NCBI GenBank assembly: GCA_046582655.1
Contig: JAYGDX010000063.1
Span: forward strand, 53,277-117,276
Direction: 5' to 3'
DNA: 64,000 bases
Origin: Candidatus Poribacteria bacterium
GTDB lineage: Bacteria > Poribacteria > WGA-4E > UBA9662
Below the pieces are notes generated by a model that was not told where the DNA came from, did not search any database, and was given only the letters and a program-made list of their open reading frames with translations. Each line of letters opens with the position of its first letter. Position 1 is the first letter of the stretch. A program made the position numbers and the translations under genes. Below, one piece after another: positions 22,101-30,948 of this stretch.

Positions 22101-23345
22101 TTATGCGCTTTTTACTTCATCGTGACTAATTAGCTGAGGCCGTTCGCCCTTAACAACAGAATCATGCGTAATAACACACCCACTAACACCTTCGAGAGAT
22201 GGAATCTCAAACATGGTATCCAACATCAGGTTTTCTAGAACAGAACGCAAGCCGCGAGCACCTGTTCCATGCTTCATCACCTCCCGAACGATTGCAGTCT
22301 TCGCATCATCTGTGATACGAAGACTAATGTTATCGTATTCAAGAAGCTGTGAATATTGTTTCACAAGCGCATTTTTAGGTTGCGTCAAAATTCGAACTAA
22401 AGCAGATTCATCCAGTTCATGAAGTGATGCCACGACTGGCAAACGTCCTACAAACTCAGGAATAAAACCATATTTAATTAAATCTCTTGCTGTCACTTCC
22501 TTTAGGAAATCGTCAAGCTTTACACTCTCTTTGCTCTTAACCTGAGCACCAAACCCCATCGTCTTCCTACCTATTCTTTCCTCAACAATCTTTTCAAGTC
22601 CAATAAAGGCTCCACCACAAACAAACAGAATTTTACTGGTGTCTATTTCGATACATTCTTGATGAGGATGTTTTCGACCACCTTGCGGTGGAATATTAGC
22701 AACTGTCCCTTCAAGGATTTTCAGCAATGCCTGCTGAACACCTTCACCCGATACATCCCGTGTAATAGACGGGTTATCGGATTTGCGAGTAATCTTATCA
22801 ATCTCATCAACATATATGATCCCCTTTTCAGCACGTTCAACGTTTCCATCTGCTGCCTGCAGAAGTTTCAATATAATGTTTTCAACGTCCTCACCAACAT
22901 AGCCAGCTTCCGTAAGCGTTGTAGCATCTGTAATAGCGAACGGAACATTCAAGATTCTTGCAAGTGTTTGAGCCAACAGAGTCTTACCAGTGCCAGTTGG
23001 TCCTATTAACAGAATGTTACTTTTTTCAAGTTCAATACTAGACTGATCTTGATACTTGATCTTTTTGTAATGATTGTATACTGCTACCGAAAGAATTCGC
23101 TTAGCCTTATCCTGCCCAATGACATAATCGTCAAGTTGAGCTTTGAGCTCAGCAGGTGAACGAAGCTGAAAGTCTCCTGCTAGCGATGAGTCCGCTTGAT
23201 CTTCCGAACGATACTCATCTAACACTTCAATACAGACATTGATACATTCATTGCATATGAAGACACCCGGCTTACCAGCAATCAACTTAAAAACCTCTTC
23301 CCTTACTTTCGCACAAAAGGAGCATGCAACACTATCATCACTCAT
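22101..23345 (-). CDS. clpX: ClpX ATPase subunit
   Basis: CSFC...CNEC zinc finger, [34 protein letters not shown]. Confidence 0.98.
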   Translation of the reverse strand: MSDDSVACSFCAKVREEVFKLIAGKPGVFICNECINVCIEVLDEYRSEDQADSSLAGDFQLRSPAELKAQLDDYVIGQDKAKRILSVAVYNHYKKIKYQDQSSIELEKSNILLIGPTGTGKTLLAQTLARILNVPFAITDATTLTEAGYVGEDVENIILKLLQAADGNVERAEKGIIYVDEIDKITRKSDNPSITRDVSGEGVQQALLKILEGTVANIPPQGGRKHPHQECIEIDTSKILFVCGGAFIGLEKIVEERIGRKTMGFGAQVKSKESVKLDDFLKEVTARDLIKYGFIPEFVGRLPVVASLHELDESALVRILTQPKNALVKQYSQLLEYDNISLRITDDAKTAIVREVMKHGTGARGLRSVLENLMLDTMFEIPSLEGVSGCVITHDSVVKGERPQLISHDEVKSA

Positions 23346-23398
23346 AGCAACCTCGTATCTAACTTACCCACATAATATCAATAACGATCCCTTAAAAA

Positions 23399-24007
23399 TC
23401 AGTTATGACTATCATCATCTTCAGTAGGCCGGCGTGCCACCACATGATCAATTAGACCGTATTCGCGTGCCTCTTCCGCATTCATGAAGAAATCCCGATC
23501 TGCATCAGTCTCTATTTTTTCCTCGTCTTGACCACTATGTTGAGCCAACGTCGAATACAGTTCTTTCCGGATTCTGAGGATCTCTTGAGCGTGTATACTG
23601 ATATCAGAAGCTTGCCCACTAACACCACCCATAGGTTGATGAATGAGAACACTCGAGTGTGGCAAGGCGTATCGCTTTTCAGGCGCCCCCCCAGCGAGTA
23701 AAACAGCTCCCATACTGTAGGCTTGACCGACACACCAAGTTTGGATATCCGGTTTAATATACTGCATTGTATCATAAATAGCAAGTCCTGCACTAACGGA
23801 TCCACCCGGAGTATTCAGGTACAGAACAACATCTGTATCGGCGTTCTCACTCTCAAGGAAAAGCAATTGAGCAACCACACTATTTGCAACCACATCATCT
23901 ATAGGTGAGCCTACCATAACAATTCTTTCCTTTAAAAGTCGTGAGTAAATATCATAAGAACGCTCGCCACGACTTGTTTGTTCAATAACGATGGGAACTA
24001 GATTCAT
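23399..24007 (-). CDS. clpP: ClpP proteolytic subunit
   Basis: [35 protein letters not shown]; start placed at ATG 24007. Confidence 0.97.
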   Translation of the reverse strand: MNLVPIVIEQTSRGERSYDIYSRLLKERIVMVGSPIDDVVANSVVAQLLFLESENADTDVVLYLNTPGGSVSAGLAIYDTMQYIKPDIQTWCVGQAYSMGAVLLAGGAPEKRYALPHSSVLIHQPMGGVSGQASDISIHAQEILRIRKELYSTLAQHSGQDEEKIETDADRDFFMNAEEAREYGLIDHVVARRPTEDDDSHN

Positions 24008-24032
24008 CCCGCAACTTTCCTCGCACGAGGTC

Positions 24033-25328
24033 TCATGTGATAATAAGCTTCTCTTTTTCTGATGCCGATTCAATAAGCAAGTCGCAAATTTTCTGGTATC
24101 TCAGCTCGTTTCTGTAGGAATCCAAACGATTACTTGCCCGCAACAAGCTGAGATACTTTTCGGGATCCCGATCTTGCTGTCGTGCTACGGAGCGCACATT
24201 GAGATCTAATTCGTCATCGGTAACCGAGATATTTTCATTCTCAGCAACCTTATCAAATATCCAATTTAATTTGGTTTGCTTAATGGTTGACTCACGAAGT
24301 TCCTCTGGAAGAGTCGAGAGGTTAATGTCAGCTTCTTCTGCCGTTTGACCGTCGCGCTTTAATTGTTGCTCAATATTTTTGATCGATTGCTCAACGTATT
24401 GATCAACCATCGACGATGGAACCTCAAGATCGATCATCTCTATAAGTTGATCCGTGACTTCTTGCTGTTGTTCTAACCGTCGAAGCCTCTTCTTTTCTTC
24501 AACCAGATCATTCCAGATCTCGGCATACATCTGATCATAGTTCTCATACTCATGACTCTTAGCAAAAGCATCATCAAGTTCAGGTAGTTGTTTTTCAGTA
24601 ATGGCTTTGAGGGTGAAATCGAAAGTTGTGAGAGTTGGTTCATCAACGTCATCTGATTCGTCTTCAAATGCAACTTCCGTTGTCTTTGACTCACCAACTT
24701 CCATTCCGACGATCGCACTTTCAATGTCTGGATGAAAGGATTCTTTTCCAAGCTCAATATCGCTATCTTGTCCAGATCCATTTTCGATAGGTTGTCCCTC
24801 GATTGAACTTTCCCAATCGATTCGAACACAATCATCCTCACAAACCGAGCGATCTACCTCAATAGGGACAAAACTGGCGTCTCGATTCCTAAGCTGTTCA
24901 ATGTATTTGTCAACCTCCTCACGCTCTACATTTGCAGGGGACTTGTCAACTTTAAGCGTACTATAATCTGGCATATCAATCTGCGGTTTAATACTGACAA
25001 CAGTTGCAAAATTGAGAGACCTCCCGTTTTCTAACTCGACATCATCCAACTCAAAATCTGGATCGCCAACAGGAGCAAGGCCTTCTTGAACGATTGCTTC
25101 CTCTAGGGCAGAAGGAATAAGCCGCTGAATGGTATCAGCCTTTACGTGGTCGGCAAAGCGGGATTTGATCATATTGACAGGCACTTTACCTTTACGAAAA
25201 CCAGGGATGGAAAGACTTTTTCTTAATTCTTGGTAGTTGCGGTTGAGTTCCTGATCGACTTTTTCAGGTGGGATTTCGATCCGCAACCGAACACTACTTG
25301 AAGTTAAGTGTTCAACTTCAACCTTCAA
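24033..25328 (-). CDS. tig: Trigger factor
   Basis: [10 protein letters not shown] ribosome-binding loop; canonical position upstream of clpP-clpX-lon. Confidence 0.95.
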   Translation of the reverse strand: MKVEVEHLTSSSVRLRIEIPPEKVDQELNRNYQELRKSLSIPGFRKGKVPVNMIKSRFADHVKADTIQRLIPSALEEAIVQEGLAPVGDPDFELDDVELENGRSLNFATVVSIKPQIDMPDYSTLKVDKSPANVEREEVDKYIEQLRNRDASFVPIEVDRSVCEDDCVRIDWESSIEGQPIENGSGQDSDIELGKESFHPDIESAIVGMEVGESKTTEVAFEDESDDVDEPTLTTFDFTLKAITEKQLPELDDAFAKSHEYENYDQMYAEIWNDLVEEKKRLRRLEQQQEVTDQLIEMIDLEVPSSMVDQYVEQSIKNIEQQLKRDGQTAEEADINLSTLPEELRESTIKQTKLNWIFDKVAENENISVTDDELDLNVRSVARQQDRDPEKYLSLLRASNRLDSYRNELRYQKICDLLIESASEKEKLIIT

Positions 25329-25372
25329 TAGCTACTCCTCTAAAAATAAATCCGGCTCTCAATATATAGTGA

Positions 25373-25456
25373 TGGGCGTGAAGGGACTCGAACCCCCACG
25401 GGGGAAACCCCAACAGATCCTAAATCTGCCTTGTCTACCAATTCCAACACACGCCC
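25373..25456 (-). tRNA. tRNA-Leu(TAG)
   Basis: Cloverleaf with long variable arm; anticodon arm GCAGA-TTTAGGA-TCTGT; GGTTCGAGTCC T-arm. Confidence 0.95.
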
Positions 25457-25510
25457 GATTAAGCTTCCTAAACAATTCAACAGATTCAAGCCTTAAAAGT
25501 AAACTAGTAA

Positions 25511-25584
25511 CGCGCCCGAAGGGACTCGAACCCCCAACCTACAGATCCGAAGTCTGTTGCTCTATCCAATTGAGCCACGGACGC
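25511..25584 (-). tRNA. tRNA-Arg(TCG)
   Basis: Anticodon arm ACAGA-CTTCGGA-TCTGT; standard D and T arms. Confidence 0.95.
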
Positions 25585-25596
25585 TCATCGAAAAAG

Positions 25597-25669
25597 GGTG
25601 GATGATGGGATTTGAACCCACGACCACCTGATCCACAGTCAGGCGCTCTACCCCTGAGCTACACCCACC
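25597..25669 (-). tRNA. tRNA-His(GTG)
   Basis: Anticodon arm CCTGA-CTGTGGA-TCAGG; encoded G-1 (GGTGGGTG 5' end). Confidence 0.95.
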
Positions 25670-25681
25670 AAGATAAAAAAA

Positions 25682-25757
25682 TGGCACGCCCGGCAGGATT
25701 CAAACCTGCGACCTACTGATTAGAAGTCAGTTGCTCTATTCACTGAGCTACGGGCGC
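25682..25757 (-). tRNA. tRNA-Arg(TCT), CCA encoded
   Basis: Anticodon arm ACTGA-CTTCTAA-TCAGT; variant D-loop AGTGAATA and T-loop TTTGAAT. Confidence 0.92.
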
Positions 25758-25767
25758 AGACTCAAGA

Positions 25768-25842
25768 TCGGGGTGAGAGGATTTGAACCTCCGACCCTCT
25801 GCTCCCAAAGCAGATGCGCTAACCGGACTGCGCTACACCCCG
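25768..25842 (-). tRNA. tRNA-Pro(TGG)
   Basis: CGGGGTG acceptor stem; anticodon arm TCTGC-TTTGGGA-GCAGA. Confidence 0.95.
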
Positions 25843-25858
25843 TCCGATTGGACGCCAC

Positions 25859-25887
25859 AATATAACACATTTCGCAACTAGATTCAA
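25859..25887 (-). promoter_or_regulatory. Sigma70-type promoter of the tRNA cluster
   Basis: TTGAAT-N17-TATATT followed by a GC-rich discriminator, 16 nt upstream of tRNA-Pro. Confidence 0.7.
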
Positions 25888-26075
25888 GAGAAAATTGGCA
25901 CACACACCTCTCATCTCTACTGACCGCGATTGCTCTTCAACATAGCTCAATTGCTACTTTGACACTCCAGTCAGTATGGACCTCCAATCAGTATGACTTG
26001 ACACTAATGTTGATGCTGTGCTAATATGAAAATCACTAACAATCAAAACGAAACTTAAGATAAAAAATTATAGTT

Positions 26076-26633
26076 ATGAAAAATCTATCTGAAGAGATGT
26101 CATTCTGGGACAGGCTTTACATCCCTGCACTTATTAAAGGACTATTCACCACTATCAAGCATATTCCAAGAAGTAAACGGAGCACTTCTTATCAATATCC
26201 AGAGGATCAAAGAAGTATTGAGGAACGGAATGATCGTTATCGCGGAATACATAAGTTAACTGTCGATGATCAAGGAAATGAAAAGTGTGTTGCCTGTTTT
26301 CTCTGTGCAACAGCGTGTCCCGCCAATTGCATTGCTATCGAAGCTGAACCTGCCCCAGAAGGATGGCAAACAGGAGAAGGGTACCAGCGGGAGAAACATC
26401 CCAAGTCATTCGAGATTAATATGCTTCGCTGTATTTTCTGTGGTTACTGTGTTGAAGCATGCCCAGAAGATGCCATCCAAATGACGGGCATTACCTTGCC
26501 TCAGTATTTTCGTGAAACCCAACAGGATAAAGAAGTTCTTGGGAGGAAGCGGAGCGATTTCATTTTCGATAAAGAAAAACTAATTAATAACAATTCGATA
26601 CCACAACAGGGACTAAGTATCTACTCGGAATAG
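26076..26633 (+). CDS. nuoI: NADH-quinone oxidoreductase subunit I (2x[4Fe-4S])
   Basis: QYPE...RYRG.H.L; CVACFLCATACP and CIFCGYCVEACP. Confidence 0.92.
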   Translation: MKNLSEEMSFWDRLYIPALIKGLFTTIKHIPRSKRSTSYQYPEDQRSIEERNDRYRGIHKLTVDDQGNEKCVACFLCATACPANCIAIEAEPAPEGWQTGEGYQREKHPKSFEINMLRCIFCGYCVEACPEDAIQMTGITLPQYFRETQQDKEVLGRKRSDFIFDKEKLINNNSIPQQGLSIYSE

Positions 26634-26655
26634 AAATACCGACAATCTAAAAATG

Positions 26656-26698
26656 AAAATCTTACGGGTGGTCAATCCACTACAACGTAAGATTTTTT
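26656..26698 (+). terminator. Intrinsic terminator-like hairpin after nuoI
   Basis: AAAATCTTACG...CGTAAGATTTT inverted repeat ending in a T-run. Confidence 0.55.
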
Positions 26699-26735
26699 AT
26701 TTTAAGTGTTTAGTAAAAATCAAGCGGCTGAAAAT

Positions 26736-27635
26736 ATGAAAGTCAGCGTCGTCGGACAAAACAATACTGTATTGCTGATTGCTCAGCATATATGTCGATT
26801 GAAGGAAGTTACGGAACTTGCATTAGTTGACGAAGTTCATGGCATCCCGAACTTCACACTAACTGAATTGAAAAGGATAGCGTCCATTGTGCGGTCTGAT
26901 GTACGGTTGATAGCCGGTCGAAATCCATCTATTTTGGCTGACTCCGAAATTGTAGTGTGTTGTCCGTTTGACTGCAATCAACTGCAAAAGCCCTCCCAAT
27001 TTGGATATGCCGGATCTGTTGGATCTACAAATACAGATCAAACCAAAGGTATTCATCAACACGCTCCAAAAGCCAAAATTGTGGTTGCTACTTATCCATC
27101 CTCTGACATTGTCCAATCTGTCCATCAAAGTATCAATGCAAATTTGGGACAGGTAATCGGGATTTCTGGATGCCTAATAAATACAGATCTCAAAATAGGG
27201 ATCTCAGAAGCGGTTGGTGTTTCAGTAGAGGATGTTGTGTCATTAATTATCGGAAACGATGACGAGTGCCATATGCTACCCCAGTATTGCCGTGCGGGCG
27301 GTATTCCAATCGATCAATTGCTGAGTCGAAACCAAATTGTAAAATTGGGTTCGCATGTGAGGAATCAACCCAAGAAATCCGTCTCTACTGACTTTTTGCA
27401 TACAATTTCTACTTTAACCGCAGAAGTTGTAAATACCATTCTTCTCGATAAAAAACGGATTATGACAGTTGCGACAGTGATTGGAACTAACGATACGGAA
27501 GTATGCCTCAATTTGCCAGCGAAGATTGGACAAAATGGTGCGGAGAAGTTTACGTCATTACATCTGACAAACGAACAACTTGAAGAATTTACAGGGTTGG
27601 TCAAAAGAGCAATTACCCAACGGAGCAGATTATGA
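26736..27635 (+). CDS. Malate/lactate dehydrogenase-fold protein with degenerate active site
   Basis: Colinear with LDH-like MDH (MKVSVVG, ELALVD..GIP, GVSVEDV, GGIP, ILLDKKRI, P.KIG.NG.E), but the catalytic motifs are replaced. Confidence 0.75.
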   Translation: MKVSVVGQNNTVLLIAQHICRLKEVTELALVDEVHGIPNFTLTELKRIASIVRSDVRLIAGRNPSILADSEIVVCCPFDCNQLQKPSQFGYAGSVGSTNTDQTKGIHQHAPKAKIVVATYPSSDIVQSVHQSINANLGQVIGISGCLINTDLKIGISEAVGVSVEDVVSLIIGNDDECHMLPQYCRAGGIPIDQLLSRNQIVKLGSHVRNQPKKSVSTDFLHTISTLTAEVVNTILLDKKRIMTVATVIGTNDTEVCLNLPAKIGQNGAEKFTSLHLTNEQLEEFTGLVKRAITQRSRL

Positions 27636-28741
27636 AAGCAATTTACGACAAAATTGTTGACTTAATCGAAGACAACCAAACTGGCGCCTATTGTACTGTT
27701 GTAGATACTAAAGGATCAACTCCCCAGAAACCTGGATCGAAACTATTGATCTTACCCAATTTACAGAATATCGGGACGCTCGGTGGAGGTTGTGTTGAAG
27801 CAGAAGCACGCCAACAAGCTATTCAACTCATGCAAGATGGAAAACCACGTTTGCTCGAGTTTCAACTCAACAGCGATTATGGCTGGGACGACGGTCTAAT
27901 CTGTGGCGGTAATATGAGGATTTTTATCGATATCCCTCAGTCGGAACTAGAATTGGAAATCTTCACGCGTCTTCGGGAACTTTCCGATCAGAAAATCCCG
28001 CTTGTGTTTGCGACCATAATAGAAAGTGAGGCAAAAAATCAAATTGGGTCGAAATTATTAGTTTCAACACACGGCCATAGATTCGGGGCTCTTGGAGATC
28101 AAGGTCTGGAAACCGAGATCGAAGAGCAACTAGACAAATTACTTGAGGATAATACCCCTTCAATTATAAGATCGAAAAACGACGCGGTACGCGCCTTTAT
28201 AGAACCCATCCAACCCCGCCACACCCTTTTAATTGCTGGCGCAGGCCACATTGGTCAGGCATTATGTCATCTCAGCAACTGGCTTGGCTTTGATGTGGTC
28301 GTCGTTGATGACCGTGTTGATTTTGCCTCGAAAGATCGGTTACCAGACGCCGACCGGATTATCGTTGGGGATATTTTTGAAGAGTTACAAAACTACCCCA
28401 TCGATTCTTTTACCTACGTCGTAATTGTAACACGTGGTCACAACCATGATGAGGAAGCTTTGCATGCAGTAATTAATTCAGATGCGCGATACATTGGATT
28501 AATTGGCAGTCGTCGCAAAGTGAAACTGATCTATGAAGATCTTATGGAACTCGGAATCTTCCCTGAGAGGTTAGATCATGTATATGCCCCAATCGGACTG
28601 GATATTAACTCGAAAACCGTGCCCGAGATAGCTGTCTCAATTGCAAGCCAATTGATTCAGGTTCGCAACAATCCGAAGAGCAATTTTCGTTTCGATTCAT
28701 CCCCCTCCAGGATGCCAACGGTCAAAATTGAACTAAACTGA
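27632..28741 (+). CDS. xdhC: XdhC/CoxI family molybdenum-hydroxylase accessory protein
   Basis: GSTPQKPG.K, GTLGGGCVE, GLICGG, GAGHIG, VTRGH.HD, YIGLIGSRRK, PIGLDI...TVPEIAVSI. Confidence 0.9.
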   Translation: MKAIYDKIVDLIEDNQTGAYCTVVDTKGSTPQKPGSKLLILPNLQNIGTLGGGCVEAEARQQAIQLMQDGKPRLLEFQLNSDYGWDDGLICGGNMRIFIDIPQSELELEIFTRLRELSDQKIPLVFATIIESEAKNQIGSKLLVSTHGHRFGALGDQGLETEIEEQLDKLLEDNTPSIIRSKNDAVRAFIEPIQPRHTLLIAGAGHIGQALCHLSNWLGFDVVVVDDRVDFASKDRLPDADRIIVGDIFEELQNYPIDSFTYVVIVTRGHNHDEEALHAVINSDARYIGLIGSRRKVKLIYEDLMELGIFPERLDHVYAPIGLDINSKTVPEIAVSIASQLIQVRNNPKSNFRFDSSPSRMPTVKIELN

Positions 28742-28742
28742 A

Positions 28743-29531
28743 TCAATAGTTTTCCCCCTCTTTCGGCACTGGGTTAGGATGAACACCGCGAACGATTATG
28801 CCCTGGCCAGCACTCCCATCCGGCTCTGTCATCCGACAGTCAAGTGGTGACCGGAACTCAAACAGCAACATACGCCGCCATTGGTCGGAAATATTTGGTG
28901 AGGATCCATGGATCGTATAGTAACTGAAAATAAGCAAATCACCAGCTCTCATCGGTACTGATGTGGCACGTTCTATCGGGTATTCATCCATTGGTAGATG
29001 GTGTGCCCCATCGTGAACATGCTCTATGTAACCTCTTGTATGGCTACCAGGAATGATATGCAGACATCCGTTATCAACTTCTGAATCATCCAAATAAAGT
29101 GTTGCCGCAACCATGGTATCAAGTTTGTGTGGAAAGTAATCATAATCTTGATGGAGGGGAAAGGCAGCTCCTATCTTGGGTGGTTTAGCGTGCATTAAAG
29201 TGTGATGTAGCTGTAAATTCTCGGACCCCACAACTGTAGCAACAGGATCAGTGATATTCGACTCAAACATAAGTTGTGCTAATGTAGCTGAGTGTTCATG
29301 AATTCGGTGGATTGAGAGAACACTCCTTGCTTGCTTATCTCCATCGACCTTGACTTGTTCACGCCAAGATCCTCCCCAATGTGCTTCCAGCCTTCGACCA
29401 GCTTTCTGGGATCTCTCAATCATGAGATCAACTTCATCTTGAATTTGCTGAAGCCGCTCTCCAGCGAGAACCCGTTCAATTTTTATATAGCCATTTTTAC
29501 CGAAAAATGATTTAATCTCTGTAGCGGTCAT
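28743..29531 (-). CDS. Phytanoyl-CoA dioxygenase (PhyH) family Fe/2OG dioxygenase
   Basis: HQD...NGCL.IIPGSH...HGS facial triad motifs. Confidence 0.9.
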   Translation of the reverse strand: MTATEIKSFFGKNGYIKIERVLAGERLQQIQDEVDLMIERSQKAGRRLEAHWGGSWREQVKVDGDKQARSVLSIHRIHEHSATLAQLMFESNITDPVATVVGSENLQLHHTLMHAKPPKIGAAFPLHQDYDYFPHKLDTMVAATLYLDDSEVDNGCLHIIPGSHTRGYIEHVHDGAHHLPMDEYPIERATSVPMRAGDLLIFSYYTIHGSSPNISDQWRRMLLFEFRSPLDCRMTEPDGSAGQGIIVRGVHPNPVPKEGENY

Positions 29532-29648
29532 ATTCTGTTCCGGTTACTTTTGCTCAATTTTGTTTCATCTAAAACAAATTATACCAAACCAAAGAAATGG
29601 TATCATAATTATTTGATTAATTTAATAGTCTAGAAAAAGAGCCAAATT

Positions 29649-30035
29649 ATGGTGTCTCCAAATGTACCAAATGTTGAAGCAGAAAAAAAGGTGTCAGACC
29701 TCCCAGTGATCATTGAAGATAAAGACTATACAGTTGCTGAAGTCTCACAAATTATTATAAAAACTCTGAGTCACGTCAGTGATCAGTCCGAATTTAACAA
29801 CCTAAAATATTCAGCTGCTGACGTCTATTGGGTTCTGAATGATCTGTTGGGTTACATAAATAATCGAATGGAAGGAGAGTTTAAATTGCAAAATCTCAAA
29901 AAAGGAACTTGGAAAATTCGATATACTGACCAGAAAAAAGCGGAATACCTGTCAAACCGAAAACAGGAAAAAAAGAAAAAGCAGACGGCTGATTATATTG
30001 AACAGCTAACTGGAAAACGACCACCATGGGCCTAA
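29649..30035 (+). CDS. Hypothetical protein, basic C-terminus
   Basis: 128-aa ORF filling the space between divergent PhyH genes; no motif recognised. Confidence 0.6.
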   Translation: MVSPNVPNVEAEKKVSDLPVIIEDKDYTVAEVSQIIIKTLSHVSDQSEFNNLKYSAADVYWVLNDLLGYINNRMEGEFKLQNLKKGTWKIRYTDQKKAEYLSNRKQEKKKKQTADYIEQLTGKRPPWA

Positions 30036-30072
30036 CTGACAATCAAATCATGCAAAATTGAGGTAAGTTCTT

Positions 30073-30909
30073 GTGAAGGCAGAATCTAAAATTTCCATTG
30101 AACACATCGAAGCTTTTGCAGATGATCCCGATTTAGAACGTATGGCCGAAATTTACAATGAGCACGGTTGTCTGGTTGTACGCGGGTTGATGTCCCTCTA
30201 CATTAATGATTTACATCGCGATATTGGAGCAATCGCACAAGAATCAATTGCACAGTTAGATGAAGTTGTAGAAATAGTAGAAGGATGGCGAACACCAAAT
30301 GGGACACTATTTATACCAGCACCAGAAGGATGCCCGAGAGATAAACAGATCATGGTCCTCGGAATCCATTACAACAATAGCGAAGCATTTGAAAAATCAT
30401 CCCGCGATCCAAAGGTTATTGAAATTGTCACCGCTATTCTGGGTTCCGATTTCGAAATATTTGGTAGTGGTCAAAGCCTATACAAAGAACCCAACGGCGG
30501 GCACCCAAAACTACTTCATCAAGATTCAGCATACTTTCAGCATCGGCATGAGGGGCCTGTTGGCATCTTAAGCTATGTCGTGGACACGGATCTCATAAAT
30601 GGAGCTTTACACGTCGTCCCTGGATCCCATAAACTGGGACAGCTAAGGCATATAGATACCTTTTCACACCTTGGTCTGGATTCGGATGAATGGGCTTGGG
30701 AAGATGCACTTCCCATTACTGGCAAAGCAGGAGATTCAATATTTTTTCACGTTCAAACAATCCATGGATCAAAGCAGAATTTCTCGGACAAACCGCGACC
30801 AATTTTTATTAACCGTTATCGACGAAAAGGTGATGAGACAATTATTGGTGGGACGACAGTTGCCAATCGAGCCAAATTAGAACTGCGTCACGCTGAATCA
30901 CAACAGTAA
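30073..30909 (+). CDS. PhyH family Fe/2OG dioxygenase
   Basis: LHQD, NGALHVVPGSH, IHGS. Confidence 0.9.
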   Translation: MKAESKISIEHIEAFADDPDLERMAEIYNEHGCLVVRGLMSLYINDLHRDIGAIAQESIAQLDEVVEIVEGWRTPNGTLFIPAPEGCPRDKQIMVLGIHYNNSEAFEKSSRDPKVIEIVTAILGSDFEIFGSGQSLYKEPNGGHPKLLHQDSAYFQHRHEGPVGILSYVVDTDLINGALHVVPGSHKLGQLRHIDTFSHLGLDSDEWAWEDALPITGKAGDSIFFHVQTIHGSKQNFSDKPRPIFINRYRRKGDETIIGGTTVANRAKLELRHAESQQ

Positions 30910-30948
30910 GCGAACTATCGAATTACTGTCTGCCTACTCAAGATCCTG

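Noticed and set aside
25369..25605. 78-aa + strand ORF
   Set aside because: Antisense shadow of the tRNA-Leu and tRNA-Arg genes.
25373..25842. Recurring gggactcgaaccccc-type motif spaced ~85-140 bp apart, superficially array-like
   Set aside because: These are tRNA T-arms, not CRISPR repeats, and no cas genes are present.
29554..29602. AT-rich inverted repeats between divergent genes
   Set aside because: Short and low-complexity; expected by chance at this AT content.
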